Source: Nitrospirota bacterium
GTDB taxonomy: Bacteria; Nitrospirota; Thermodesulfovibrionia; Thermodesulfovibrionales; Dissulfurispiraceae
Length of the DNA stretch: 64,000 bases
Direction: 5' to 3'
Assembly (NCBI GenBank): GCA_963790025.1
Contig: CAWBMP010000004.1
Coordinates: forward strand, 288,001 to 352,000
Below are positions 27,310 to 35,320 of this stretch, in pieces. The notes below the pieces were generated by a model. It was not told the origin of the DNA and made no database searches. It saw nothing but the letters and a program-made list of their open reading frames with translations. The position numbers were made by a program, and so were the translations under genes. The stretch's first letter is position 1. Each line of letters opens with the position of its first letter.

Positions 27310-27936
27310 TTATTTTGCCAGCGGACCCGTAGCGTGGGCGACCCCCGACAGCTTCCCTTCACGGAAAATAAGCTTCGTCTGGCACAAAGTACCTGAATAA
27401 AGCCATTCCTCCCGGACAGGACCGGAACCTGCCTTGGCAAGCGCCCCGAACACCGAATCGGGTCCTCCCCATGCGTACCTAACTTGCTGACCCGTCATCC
27501 CGGAGACAACCTCTCCTTTGATGATGTTCTGTTGAATTTCGGGAGGAAAGGCCTTTATCTCCTCCATTGTGTATCTGACTGCGGGAGAGCCGTCACTGCT
27601 TTTCGTTCTTCCGGAGTCACTGATGGCAATGCCGAACAATTTCCCGTCACGAAAACTTAATTTTGTCCGGCAGCCCCCAAGGTAAGAATAAGTCCACTCA
27701 TAGCCGCTCTTGCCATCGGGGAGCTGGACAGCCGAATCTTCTTTGGGTCCTCCCCATGCATATCTGACCTGATGCGACGTCATCCCCGTGGAAATCTCTT
27801 CACGAATAATACTTTCCTGAATCTCCGGAGGATAGCTTTTTATCTCCTCGCCGGTATACCGCAATGGAGACGAGGAGCAACCGCCTGCAGCTAATGCAAT
27901 GACACATAATAGACAAAGCCATTTATTCACACTCAT
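27310..27936 (-). CDS. Lipoprotein with two tandem SmpA/BamE-like repeats
   Basis: Lipobox AGGC; RYT.EEIK..PPEIQ..I...E...GMT..QVRYAWGGP occurs twice. Confidence 0.75.
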   Translation of the reverse strand: MSVNKWLCLLCVIALAAGGCSSSPLRYTGEEIKSYPPEIQESIIREEISTGMTSHQVRYAWGGPKEDSAVQLPDGKSGYEWTYSYLGGCRTKLSFRDGKLFGIAISDSGRTKSSDGSPAVRYTMEEIKAFPPEIQQNIIKGEVVSGMTGQQVRYAWGGPDSVFGALAKAGSGPVREEWLYSGTLCQTKLIFREGKLSGVAHATGPLAK

Positions 27937-28406
27937 TCTCCTCCTTCAAAATATTTTTTCAGTGCCTCTCGTATCTCATCAGCAGTGAATCCCCTCCTCG
28001 AGAGCAATCCCCATAATCTTCTCTTCACAGTATTGTCACTGCAATTCCCCATTAATCTCAGCTTCTTTTCGACCAGCCGCCTTGCTGCGTCTCCATAATC
28101 CTCATCCCGGACAGTCGCAGTATTTATCATCTTCGCGGGGATGCCCCTCTTCAAAAGGTACCTTCTGACACCCTGTGCCCCCAAATGCCTCCTCTCTATG
28201 GCATCTCGCTTAAGCCGTTCAGCAAGCTTACTGTCATCAACAAATCCCTTTTCCTCTATACGAGCGAGAGTCTCGTCAACAATATTTTCCGGGAAGCCTT
28301 TCCCGGTCAGTTTCTGACGCATCTCGCTCATGCTTCTGTCCCTGTAGCCGAGAAGCTTGAGCGCATATTTCAATGCCTTGCCCGAAGTATCGTCCCCGGC
28401 ATCCAC
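27933..28406 (-). CDS. recX: Regulatory protein RecX
   Basis: ALKLLGYRDRS..E...KL, GFVDD, LSRRGF; immediately downstream of recA. Confidence 0.92.
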   Translation of the reverse strand: MDAGDDTSGKALKYALKLLGYRDRSMSEMRQKLTGKGFPENIVDETLARIEEKGFVDDSKLAERLKRDAIERRHLGAQGVRRYLLKRGIPAKMINTATVRDEDYGDAARRLVEKKLRLMGNCSDNTVKRRLWGLLSRRGFTADEIREALKKYFEGGE

Positions 28407-28413
28407 CGCCTGT

Positions 28414-29442
28414 CTATCTCCCGTTTTTTTCCGGCTCAGCAGACTGTACCCGCTTCAGATCGTATGCTTCAATTATTTTCTGCTCTATCTCGGCAGCCAC
28501 AGAAGGATTATTCTTCAGGTGTTCCCGTACATTGTCCCTTCCCTGCCCTATCCTGTTGCCGCCGTAACTGTACCACGCGCCGGCCTTTTCGATAATGCCC
28601 TTTTCGACCCCTAGATCGATAATCTCCCCAGCCTTTGAAACGCCTTCATTAAAATAGATATCAAACTCCGCCTGCCTGAACGGCGGTGCAACCTTGTTTT
28701 TGACAATCTTGACACGCACCCTTCCGCCAATGACCTCCTGACCGTCCTTGAGGTTGTCTATCTTCCTGATATCAAGCCTCATCGAAGCGTAAAACTTCAA
28801 GGCATTTCCGCCTGTTGTCGTTTCAGGATTTCCGAACATGACCCCTATTTTCATCCGTATCTGGTTGATGAAGATTATCGTTGTAAGAGATTTTGAAATG
28901 GCCGCTGTCAGTTTTCTCATGGCTTGGCTCATCAGCCGGGCCTGAAGGCCGGGAAGCGAATCACCCATGTCCCCTTCGATTTCCGCCTTCGGCACCAGGG
29001 CGGCAACAGAGTCCACCACCACTACGTCGACGGCCCCGCTCCTGACGAGAGTTTCAGCAACTTCAAGCGCCTGTTCACCTGTGTCGGGCTGTGATACGAG
29101 AAGGTCTTCCACATTAACGCCCAGCCTTGAGGCGTAATTGATATCAAGGGCATGCTCGGCATCTATAAATGCGGCGACGCCTCCTGTTTTTTGCGCCTCT
29201 GCTATAGCTTTGAGCGCAAGTGTAGTCTTTCCCGAAGACTCTGGCCCGTATATTTCAACTACCCTTCCCCTCGGAAAGCCGCCTATACCTGTAGCGATAT
29301 CCAGCGAGAGCGAACCCGTTGGTATTACCTGTATCCCTTCAGCAACCTGGCCTGCACCTAGACGCATTATGGCCCCTTTGCCGAAGTTTTTTTCTATCTG
29401 GGAAATTGCCATTTCCAGGGCTTTAACTTTATCTTTGTTCAT
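28414..29442 (-). CDS. recA: Recombinase RecA
   Basis: [45 protein letters not shown]. Confidence 0.99.
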   Translation of the reverse strand: MNKDKVKALEMAISQIEKNFGKGAIMRLGAGQVAEGIQVIPTGSLSLDIATGIGGFPRGRVVEIYGPESSGKTTLALKAIAEAQKTGGVAAFIDAEHALDINYASRLGVNVEDLLVSQPDTGEQALEVAETLVRSGAVDVVVVDSVAALVPKAEIEGDMGDSLPGLQARLMSQAMRKLTAAISKSLTTIIFINQIRMKIGVMFGNPETTTGGNALKFYASMRLDIRKIDNLKDGQEVIGGRVRVKIVKNKVAPPFRQAEFDIYFNEGVSKAGEIIDLGVEKGIIEKAGAWYSYGGNRIGQGRDNVREHLKNNPSVAAEIEQKIIEAYDLKRVQSAEPEKNGR

Positions 29443-29444
29443 TT

Positions 29445-30056
29445 TTAAACCTCCAAATTTAATTCCTGATTCGTAATTCCTAATTTAAAGCCGGCTACTT
29501 TTGAATACTCTGCACCGCCCGGTTTCAGCGTACTCTTCATGAGCAGAGTTTCATCAACTTTTATAGTACCAAAAACCGTATCTTTTAATGCTACCCATTC
29601 CCTTATTACCGCATCGAGACCATACCTGCTTACAGCCCTCCTCTCCACTCTCCCGATAGTCAGGTGGGGAGAAAACCGTCTTGTTTCCCTTTCAAACCCG
29701 AGTTCAGCCATCGATTGCTCAATATCACGGTTAAGAAGCTTCAGAGGTCCCGATTCATCTACACCCACCCAGAAAATATTGGGGCGGCGGAGGTCCGGAA
29801 ATCCTCCGGTGCCGCTTACGTTAAGGGCAAACCGGCCATGCTTCCCGCAAACCAGTGAAAGACTTTCTTGTATTTTGGGTACTATAGCTTCTCCGACCTC
29901 TCCCAGAAACTTCAATGTCAAATGGACATTATCCGGGGAAACCCATCGCACGTCTCTGGACAGGTCCCTCACTTTTTCTATTGCGCTGCCGATGGAATGC
30001 CGCACCTCGCAAGAGATATCGAGAGCGATAAAGCATCTCACGCAACTGTCCTCCAC
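29445..30056 (-). CDS. thpR: RNA 2',3'-cyclic phosphodiesterase (2H family)
   Basis: HLTLKFLG and PHLTIGR 2H motifs. Confidence 0.93.
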   Translation of the reverse strand: MEDSCVRCFIALDISCEVRHSIGSAIEKVRDLSRDVRWVSPDNVHLTLKFLGEVGEAIVPKIQESLSLVCGKHGRFALNVSGTGGFPDLRRPNIFWVGVDESGPLKLLNRDIEQSMAELGFERETRRFSPHLTIGRVERRAVSRYGLDAVIREWVALKDTVFGTIKVDETLLMKSTLKPGGAEYSKVAGFKLGITNQELNLEV

Positions 30057-30493
30057 AGTTGCAGAAATAGATTGGTCATCAATCCAGCCGCGGCATCATC
30101 GAGCATAACACCCATCCCTCCGCTTACCGCCCGCTCAATACTTCTGATCGGAGACGGCTTTAGTATATCGAAAACCCTGAACAAAAAAAAGGCCGCAATC
30201 AAATAGCCAGCTGTATGCGGAAGAGAAAAGACAGAGATCATAAAACCTACAAATTCGTCGATCACAATGCGCCCGCTGTCATGTCCGAAAATGCCTTCGG
30301 CAGCGTGAGCACTTACCGTACCGATTACAAAAACCACAGCAATAAGAGCACCGAGCAGCGGCCTGTCAGGCTTAATAATCAGGATAAATAGCAAGGCCGC
30401 CATGCTGCCGAATGTGCCCGGAGCAAAAGGGATGTAGCCGATAAAAGATACCGTGGCAATAATTTTTATCACAAACCTGAAAAAAGAGTCCAT
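30038..30493 (-). CDS. pgpA: Phosphatidylglycerophosphatase A
   Basis: APGTFGS, DSGRIVIDE, FRVFDILKP, GVMLDD; start trimmed to ATG 30493. Confidence 0.95.
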   Translation of the reverse strand: MDSFFRFVIKIIATVSFIGYIPFAPGTFGSMAALLFILIIKPDRPLLGALIAVVFVIGTVSAHAAEGIFGHDSGRIVIDEFVGFMISVFSLPHTAGYLIAAFFLFRVFDILKPSPIRSIERAVSGGMGVMLDDAAAGLMTNLFLQLWRTVA

Positions 30494-30658
30494 TGCGTTG
30501 TATTCTATCATAAAATAGCGGTCAATCTGCAATTTGGAAGGGGAGTACTTGTTTCTTGACGCGATGAAACTACGAAGCAGTAGAGCGCGTGGCATGGCAA
30601 CTATATCGCGTGCCTTCTTCCATTTATATTTATTCTATCTTTCTGTTATAGTTAACAA

Positions 30659-31174
30659 ATGCAGGAAGAATTACTGGAAATTGTTGATAAAGACGGTACC
30701 CCTCTGGGTATCGCCACCCGGTCCTCAATACACGGCAGTCCTTCCCTGCTCCACAAGGTTGTCCATGTACTTGTATTTAACAGCAACGGCGAACTTCTCC
30801 TGCAAAAGCGGTCAATGAGCAAAGACATTGCGCCCGGCAAATGGGACACCTCTGTCGGAGGCCACTTATCGCCCGCCGAAGAGCAGTCTTTGGCAGCTCA
30901 TAGGGAAATGGAGGAGGAACTCGGTGTCGATGCGGACGATCTCATTTTCTTATACTCCTTTATCTATTCCAATACTTATGAGAGCGAGTTTGTTTATACA
31001 TACTACTGCATTAATGACGGCCCGTTTTTATTTAATGCAGAGGAAATAGACGCCATAAGATTCTGGAGTCTGGAAGAGATATGCAGTGCCCTGGGGACCG
31101 GCATTTTCAGCGGTCATTTCGAGGCTGAATTTATGAAGTATTTAGAATTTATCCAGCAGAAACATCAAAAGTAG
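30659..31174 (+). CDS. NUDIX hydrolase (IDI-1/YfcD-like)
   Basis: [19 protein letters not shown]...[18 protein letters not shown]. Confidence 0.9.
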   Translation: MQEELLEIVDKDGTPLGIATRSSIHGSPSLLHKVVHVLVFNSNGELLLQKRSMSKDIAPGKWDTSVGGHLSPAEEQSLAAHREMEEELGVDADDLIFLYSFIYSNTYESEFVYTYYCINDGPFLFNAEEIDAIRFWSLEEICSALGTGIFSGHFEAEFMKYLEFIQQKHQK

Positions 31175-31185
31175 GTAAGATTGCC

Positions 31186-31389
31186 GTGAAACGCGTGGTT
31201 TTCAATCAAAAAGGTGGCGTCGGCAAGAGTACGATCGCTTGCAACCTGGCAGCCATTGCTGCGACGCGCGGTGCACGCACGCTGGTGGTCGATCTCGACC
31301 CCCGCCGCAAACTGACCGACGAGTTCAGTCCGCTGTTCGATGCTATTATGCAAGGGCGAGAAGCAACCAGGAAAAAGAAAAGCGCCTGA
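31186..31389 (+). pseudogene. Internally deleted ParA/Soj-family ATPase remnant
   Basis: [11 protein letters not shown]alker A and VVDLDP, then a C-terminal-like helix and stop; only 67 aa. Confidence 0.8.
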
Positions 31390-31409
31390 TCCGAGTAGTG
31401 GTTCCGGTA

Positions 31410-32366
31410 CTACTTCACCACTGTTGCCATGTGCAGCACCTGCACCGGAATAGTTACACCGATTTTTTTTGCGGTCGTAATGTTCACCAGGAGATGAAAA
31501 CGTTCAGGACGGCTGGAGGGTATCTCATCCGGTTTCTTTCCATCAAGAATAGCCAGTGTTTTGACAGCAGCCATTCTCCCTAATTCTTTGTAGTCCGGGC
31601 CTATTCCCATAAAGGCCTTGGAATCACTCACCATTTCCGGGAGTGAGGCAACAGTAGGAATATGATGATCGTTTAGCTGCGGAATAATAATTTTCCCCCT
31701 GGACATGATAAAAGAATCAGCCGGAAAAAGCACTGCATCTAATTTTTCATTAAAAGCCTTCTGAACAGCAATGGGTATTGCCTTGTCGTCCTCAACAGGA
31801 ATAGGTATTAATGTATAATTATAGTCATCCTGAAATAACAACACTTCGGTAAGCTGAACTGCCGCATTCGGCTCCCTCGGGTTGTACATAAAGCCAAGGC
31901 GGTCAATGCGCAACACCTTGCGCATAGTGGTAAAAAGTCTTTCTATTGTAACGGCATTAGAAACCCCAGTCAAGTTGTTGCCTGAATGTCCCCAACTCTT
32001 GATTAGTCCGACTTCGACCGGCCGGGAGACGGCGTTGAACACAATAGGTGTGTTTTTGAATTTACCTTTTAGTACATCAGCAACCGTTGTTCCAAATGCA
32101 TAAATAACCATATATTTTTTGTATTCGAGGGATTGAATGATTTCGCTCAGTTTGTTCCTGTCTTGTTTTGCATCAATGACAGTGAACTGGAAGTGATACT
32201 TATCGGATTTCTTCAACCTGTCCTGATACGCTCTTTCCGCGTCTGTCATCCCGCGCCACAGGACCATGGCGATATTTATATTCTCTTTCGCCCATGATGG
32301 AACAGCGCCGACTGCAGTCAGCATCACGGCAATAAGCAAAACAGATAATCTTAGATGTAATTTCAT
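31410..32366 (-). CDS. ABC-transporter-type substrate-binding protein (ABC_sub_bind family)
   Basis: Signal peptide; PIVFNAVS.PV..GLI, GNNLTGVS, YNPRE.N, VNITTAKKIGVTIP. Confidence 0.88.
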   Translation of the reverse strand: MKLHLRLSVLLIAVMLTAVGAVPSWAKENINIAMVLWRGMTDAERAYQDRLKKSDKYHFQFTVIDAKQDRNKLSEIIQSLEYKKYMVIYAFGTTVADVLKGKFKNTPIVFNAVSRPVEVGLIKSWGHSGNNLTGVSNAVTIERLFTTMRKVLRIDRLGFMYNPREPNAAVQLTEVLLFQDDYNYTLIPIPVEDDKAIPIAVQKAFNEKLDAVLFPADSFIMSRGKIIIPQLNDHHIPTVASLPEMVSDSKAFMGIGPDYKELGRMAAVKTLAILDGKKPDEIPSSRPERFHLLVNITTAKKIGVTIPVQVLHMATVVK

Positions 32367-32524
32367 ACAGCCTCCACCGTATTTTGTCGACAATTGACCC
32401 GGGGCATATCTGCTTCTTATTTATTCCTGATTTGTGCCTATGTCGTCTTGGTCCCGTTCCCGCTCAGATACTGAAGCATAGCACTACACGGTCCTGATCA
32501 AACCGGATCCCGAGGCTTCTTTAA

Positions 32525-33001
32525 CTACCTAAGCATGGCGCACCCGATCACAAGGTCATCAATCCTCTCGAAATATGCAGTCCTGACTTCGATTTCATTT
32601 GACTTTGGCTTTCTAAGCCTATAATCAACCCAACCGCTTCCCTTTTTCTTGGCTACGGTAATAATCTCTTTGCGGAACAGTTTGCCATCTTCATCAGGCA
32701 CATCTGTGAGATTCTTCCCAACGAGGTGAGGAAGTGTAGAATTTGCCAGTGAAGTTCCCTTTAAATCGTAAGCAAATACGTGCATTGCCTTTGATCTATC
32801 CACAAACTTTCCATTGGGATTGTTAAATTCTTCAAGCGTTTTTTTCAGGGTGTTGACCTTATAGTAAGATATGGCTTTCTTGACCATAGCAATTGCCATC
32901 GCCTTTTTATCAGCCTTCTCCGCAGCAAGGCCGATACTTGCAAACATCATCAGCAAAGCAAACAACGCTGCTAATGCCGAACAGTTCATTATCTTTCTCA
33001 C
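32525..33001 (-). CDS. Stand-alone exported single Cache domain protein
   Basis: A.AMVKKA..Y, F..PNGKF, LVGKNL....D.DGK.F, GSGWVDY; signal peptide. Confidence 0.85.
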   Translation of the reverse strand: MRKIMNCSALAALFALLMMFASIGLAAEKADKKAMAIAMVKKAISYYKVNTLKKTLEEFNNPNGKFVDRSKAMHVFAYDLKGTSLANSTLPHLVGKNLTDVPDEDGKLFRKEIITVAKKKGSGWVDYRLRKPKSNEIEVRTAYFERIDDLVIGCAMLR

Positions 33002-33145
33002 AGGACACCCATTTTATTTATTTTCAAAACAACTCCCTGCATGTCATTTAATTGTCACTTTGTTCCGGCCCGCGTTATTATAGCACACTCAGAGTAGTAG
33101 ATGATCATTAATTTTCGTTCCTCTTTCTGCCTTCCTCTATCTTTT

Positions 33146-33781
33146 TCACACTCCCCGCTCTTCAGGACCATAAATATATTTGTGCAGTTGAAGATTGAGC
33201 CTGACCCGTAGCCGGTCCTCGAGTATCCATCGGGAGAGGTCCCCAGGTGAGAGGACCCCAAAAACAGGCGCCAACAGGATGGTGCAAATGCCGGATAATT
33301 CGTGCTTTCCTATAAAATCCCTCGTCCATTCATAGTCTCCTCTATCGGCAATAACAAATTTAAGTTCATCCTGCGGCTTTAACAGCCTTAGGTTCCCGGC
33401 CTCCAGCCTATCGGACATGGCACTCCCGGGAGTTTTAATATCCATAATTATTATCGCCCTGCGGTCAACCCTGCTGATGTTTACGCTTCCATTTGTCTCG
33501 ACCAACACCTTAAACCCGCTGTCGAGAAGCCTCTTTATGAGCGAAAATGCCTCCTCCTGCATCAGCGGCTCGCCACCGGTAATTTCAACAGTGTTTATCC
33601 CGTAAGAAACAGCTTGCTTAAAAACATCATCTTCGGTCATCTCCAGTCCTTCTTCATACGCATAGGCGGTATCACAATAAGCACACCGGAGATTACAGCC
33701 GCTCATCCTGATAAAAATACAGGGGATACCTGCATAGGTCGATTCACCCTGAATGCTGGTAAAAATTTCACAAATCTTCAT
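33146..33781 (-). CDS. queE: 7-carboxy-7-deazaguanine synthase (radical SAM)
   Basis: EIFTSIQGE, GCNLRCAYCDT, TGGEP, ETNG, QLHKYI. Confidence 0.93.
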   Translation of the reverse strand: MKICEIFTSIQGESTYAGIPCIFIRMSGCNLRCAYCDTAYAYEEGLEMTEDDVFKQAVSYGINTVEITGGEPLMQEEAFSLIKRLLDSGFKVLVETNGSVNISRVDRRAIIIMDIKTPGSAMSDRLEAGNLRLLKPQDELKFVIADRGDYEWTRDFIGKHELSGICTILLAPVFGVLSPGDLSRWILEDRLRVRLNLQLHKYIYGPEERGV

Positions 33782-33882
33782 ATTCAGACTTTATCATGTT
33801 CTGTTAAGGGTGGTCAAAATGTTACAATGACTTTACGGATATACATCAGTTCAGGGTGTTTGTGTCCGTAAAGGAGGAAACA

Positions 33883-34308
33883 ATGAATTTTTGGTCGAAA
33901 GTAAAAAGAGATTTGCAAAAAGGGGTCGATGACGGCTTGGCCTTTGTCAAGGAAGGTGCGGCAGTCGTTATCAAGAAAGCTGAGGAACTCACAGATGAAG
34001 GGAAAAGGCGTTATGTCCTTTACGAAATGAAGGCTAAGGTGCAAAAGGAAATCGCGGAACTCGGCGGACAGGTGTACGAAGTGAGCTCAACAATGAAAAA
34101 TCCCATGCTCGACAGCAAAGTAAAAGATATCACTGCCCGCATCAGGCGGCTTGAGACTGAAATACTTAAGCTTGAGGGCAAGCAGGCTCCAGCAAAAAAA
34201 GCTCCAGTAAAAAAGGGTGCGGCAAAAAAGACCGCAACAAAAAAAGCACCGGCAAAAAAAGCCGCCCCCCCAAAAGCTCCGCTCATGCCGTCAACAACAT
34301 CTAACTAA
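33883..34308 (+). CDS. Hypothetical coiled-coil protein with Lys/Ala/Pro-rich histone H1-like tail
   Basis: AAGGAGG RBS before ATG 33883; tail PAKKAPVKKGAAKKTATKKAPAKKAAPPK. Confidence 0.8.
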   Translation: MNFWSKVKRDLQKGVDDGLAFVKEGAAVVIKKAEELTDEGKRRYVLYEMKAKVQKEIAELGGQVYEVSSTMKNPMLDSKVKDITARIRRLETEILKLEGKQAPAKKAPVKKGAAKKTATKKAPAKKAAPPKAPLMPSTTSN

Positions 34309-34315
34309 TATAAAA

Positions 34316-34386
34316 GAAGAAAGTACAGGGGAAGTCTGTTTATCGGCGCATTGCACAGATAAACAGACTTCCCCTGTACTTTCTTC
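34316..34386. repeat. Perfect 29-bp inverted repeat (short member of the GAAAGT.CAGGG family)
   Basis: gaagaaagtacaggggaagtctgtttatc - 13 nt - gataaacagacttcccctgtactttcttc. Confidence 0.9.
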
Positions 34387-34509
34387 CTAAACTTTCTTTT
34401 ATAGGACGCTCCTATCAATAAACGCTGTTACTTAGGAAAAAGCTATTTGACACATAGATATCAAAACAGTATTAATTAAACATTGCACTCGAAGCATATA
34501 AGTTCACAG

Positions 34510-34567
34510 CGGGGTCCCCGCAAGAAGTGTGGGCTTCCAAGCCAAAAGGCACATACTTGTTGGGGTG
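34510..34567 (+). repeat. CGGGGTCCCC...GGGGTG dispersed hairpin element in the yedF leader
   Basis: ccccgcaag/cttgttgggg outer stem, gtgtg/cacat, inner ggctt/aagcc; homologous to 4553-4611. Confidence 0.8.
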
Positions 34568-34582
34568 GTGAAGGAGAACTCT

Positions 34583-35185
34583 ATGATAGTGGATGCGAGA
34601 GGTATGGGCTGTCCCAAACCGGTGTTGCTGGCCGAGAATGCCCTGTCCGGAATAGGTGAAGGCATTATTGATGTCTTGATTGATAACGAGGCATCTGTAA
34701 AAAATCTCATGCGTTTTGCTTCAAAAAACGGTTTTTATTCGGAGGATTCCAAAGAGGATGGGTACTGGAAGGTCCGGATCGTTAAAGGATATTCCTGCGA
34801 AGTGCCGGGCACTCAAATCGCCGGTGACCAGGGTGTTGAGAGCCCGGACAAAGATGTGCTGCTCATTATAGGATCTGATACGATCGGCAAAGACGAGACG
34901 TTGGGGAAAATTCTCATGAAGGGATTTTTTGAGACGATGAAACTGACCAAGGAGGTCCCCCATACCATTTTTTTCCTCAATACCGCTGTTAAACTAACCA
35001 CCATGGACCAGGAAATGATAGCTATTCTTCGTGACATTGAGAAAATGGGCGTGGAAATCTTTTCATGCGGGACTTGCCTTAAACACTACGATCTTGAAAA
35101 GTCCCTGATGATCGGCTACCGCGGCACAACAAATCATATAGTGGAAGGGATTAATACTTTCGACAAAACGGTCTGGATCGGATAA
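34583..35185 (+). CDS. yedF: Sulfurtransferase-like selenium metabolism protein YedF (TusA + DsrE domains)
   Basis: VDARGMGCPKPV; LGKILMKGFF, SCGTCL; AAGGAG RBS before ATG 34583. Confidence 0.9.
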   Translation: MIVDARGMGCPKPVLLAENALSGIGEGIIDVLIDNEASVKNLMRFASKNGFYSEDSKEDGYWKVRIVKGYSCEVPGTQIAGDQGVESPDKDVLLIIGSDTIGKDETLGKILMKGFFETMKLTKEVPHTIFFLNTAVKLTTMDQEMIAILRDIEKMGVEIFSCGTCLKHYDLEKSLMIGYRGTTNHIVEGINTFDKTVWIG

Positions 35186-35187
35186 AA

Positions 35188-35320
35188 CAGTAAGCAGCCT
35201 GCAGCAGACAGTAAGCAGCAAAAGAAAAAGACAAAAGAGTTATCTTATATTGTCCTTTGCTGCATACTGCTCACTGCCTATTTGTTTTCTGCTTACTTCT
35301 TACTGCTTACTTCTTACTGC
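35188..35320. repeat. Inverted heptamer array (CAGTAAG / CTTACTG)
   Basis: cagtaag cagcctg cagcaga cagtaag - spacer - catactg ctcactg ... cttactt cttactg cttactt cttactg; contains the ppdK stop. Confidence 0.85.

Noticed and set aside
32394..32524. Possible structured element between the Cache and substrate-binding genes
   Set aside because: Only short, inconsistent complementarity; no convincing stem or repeat match.
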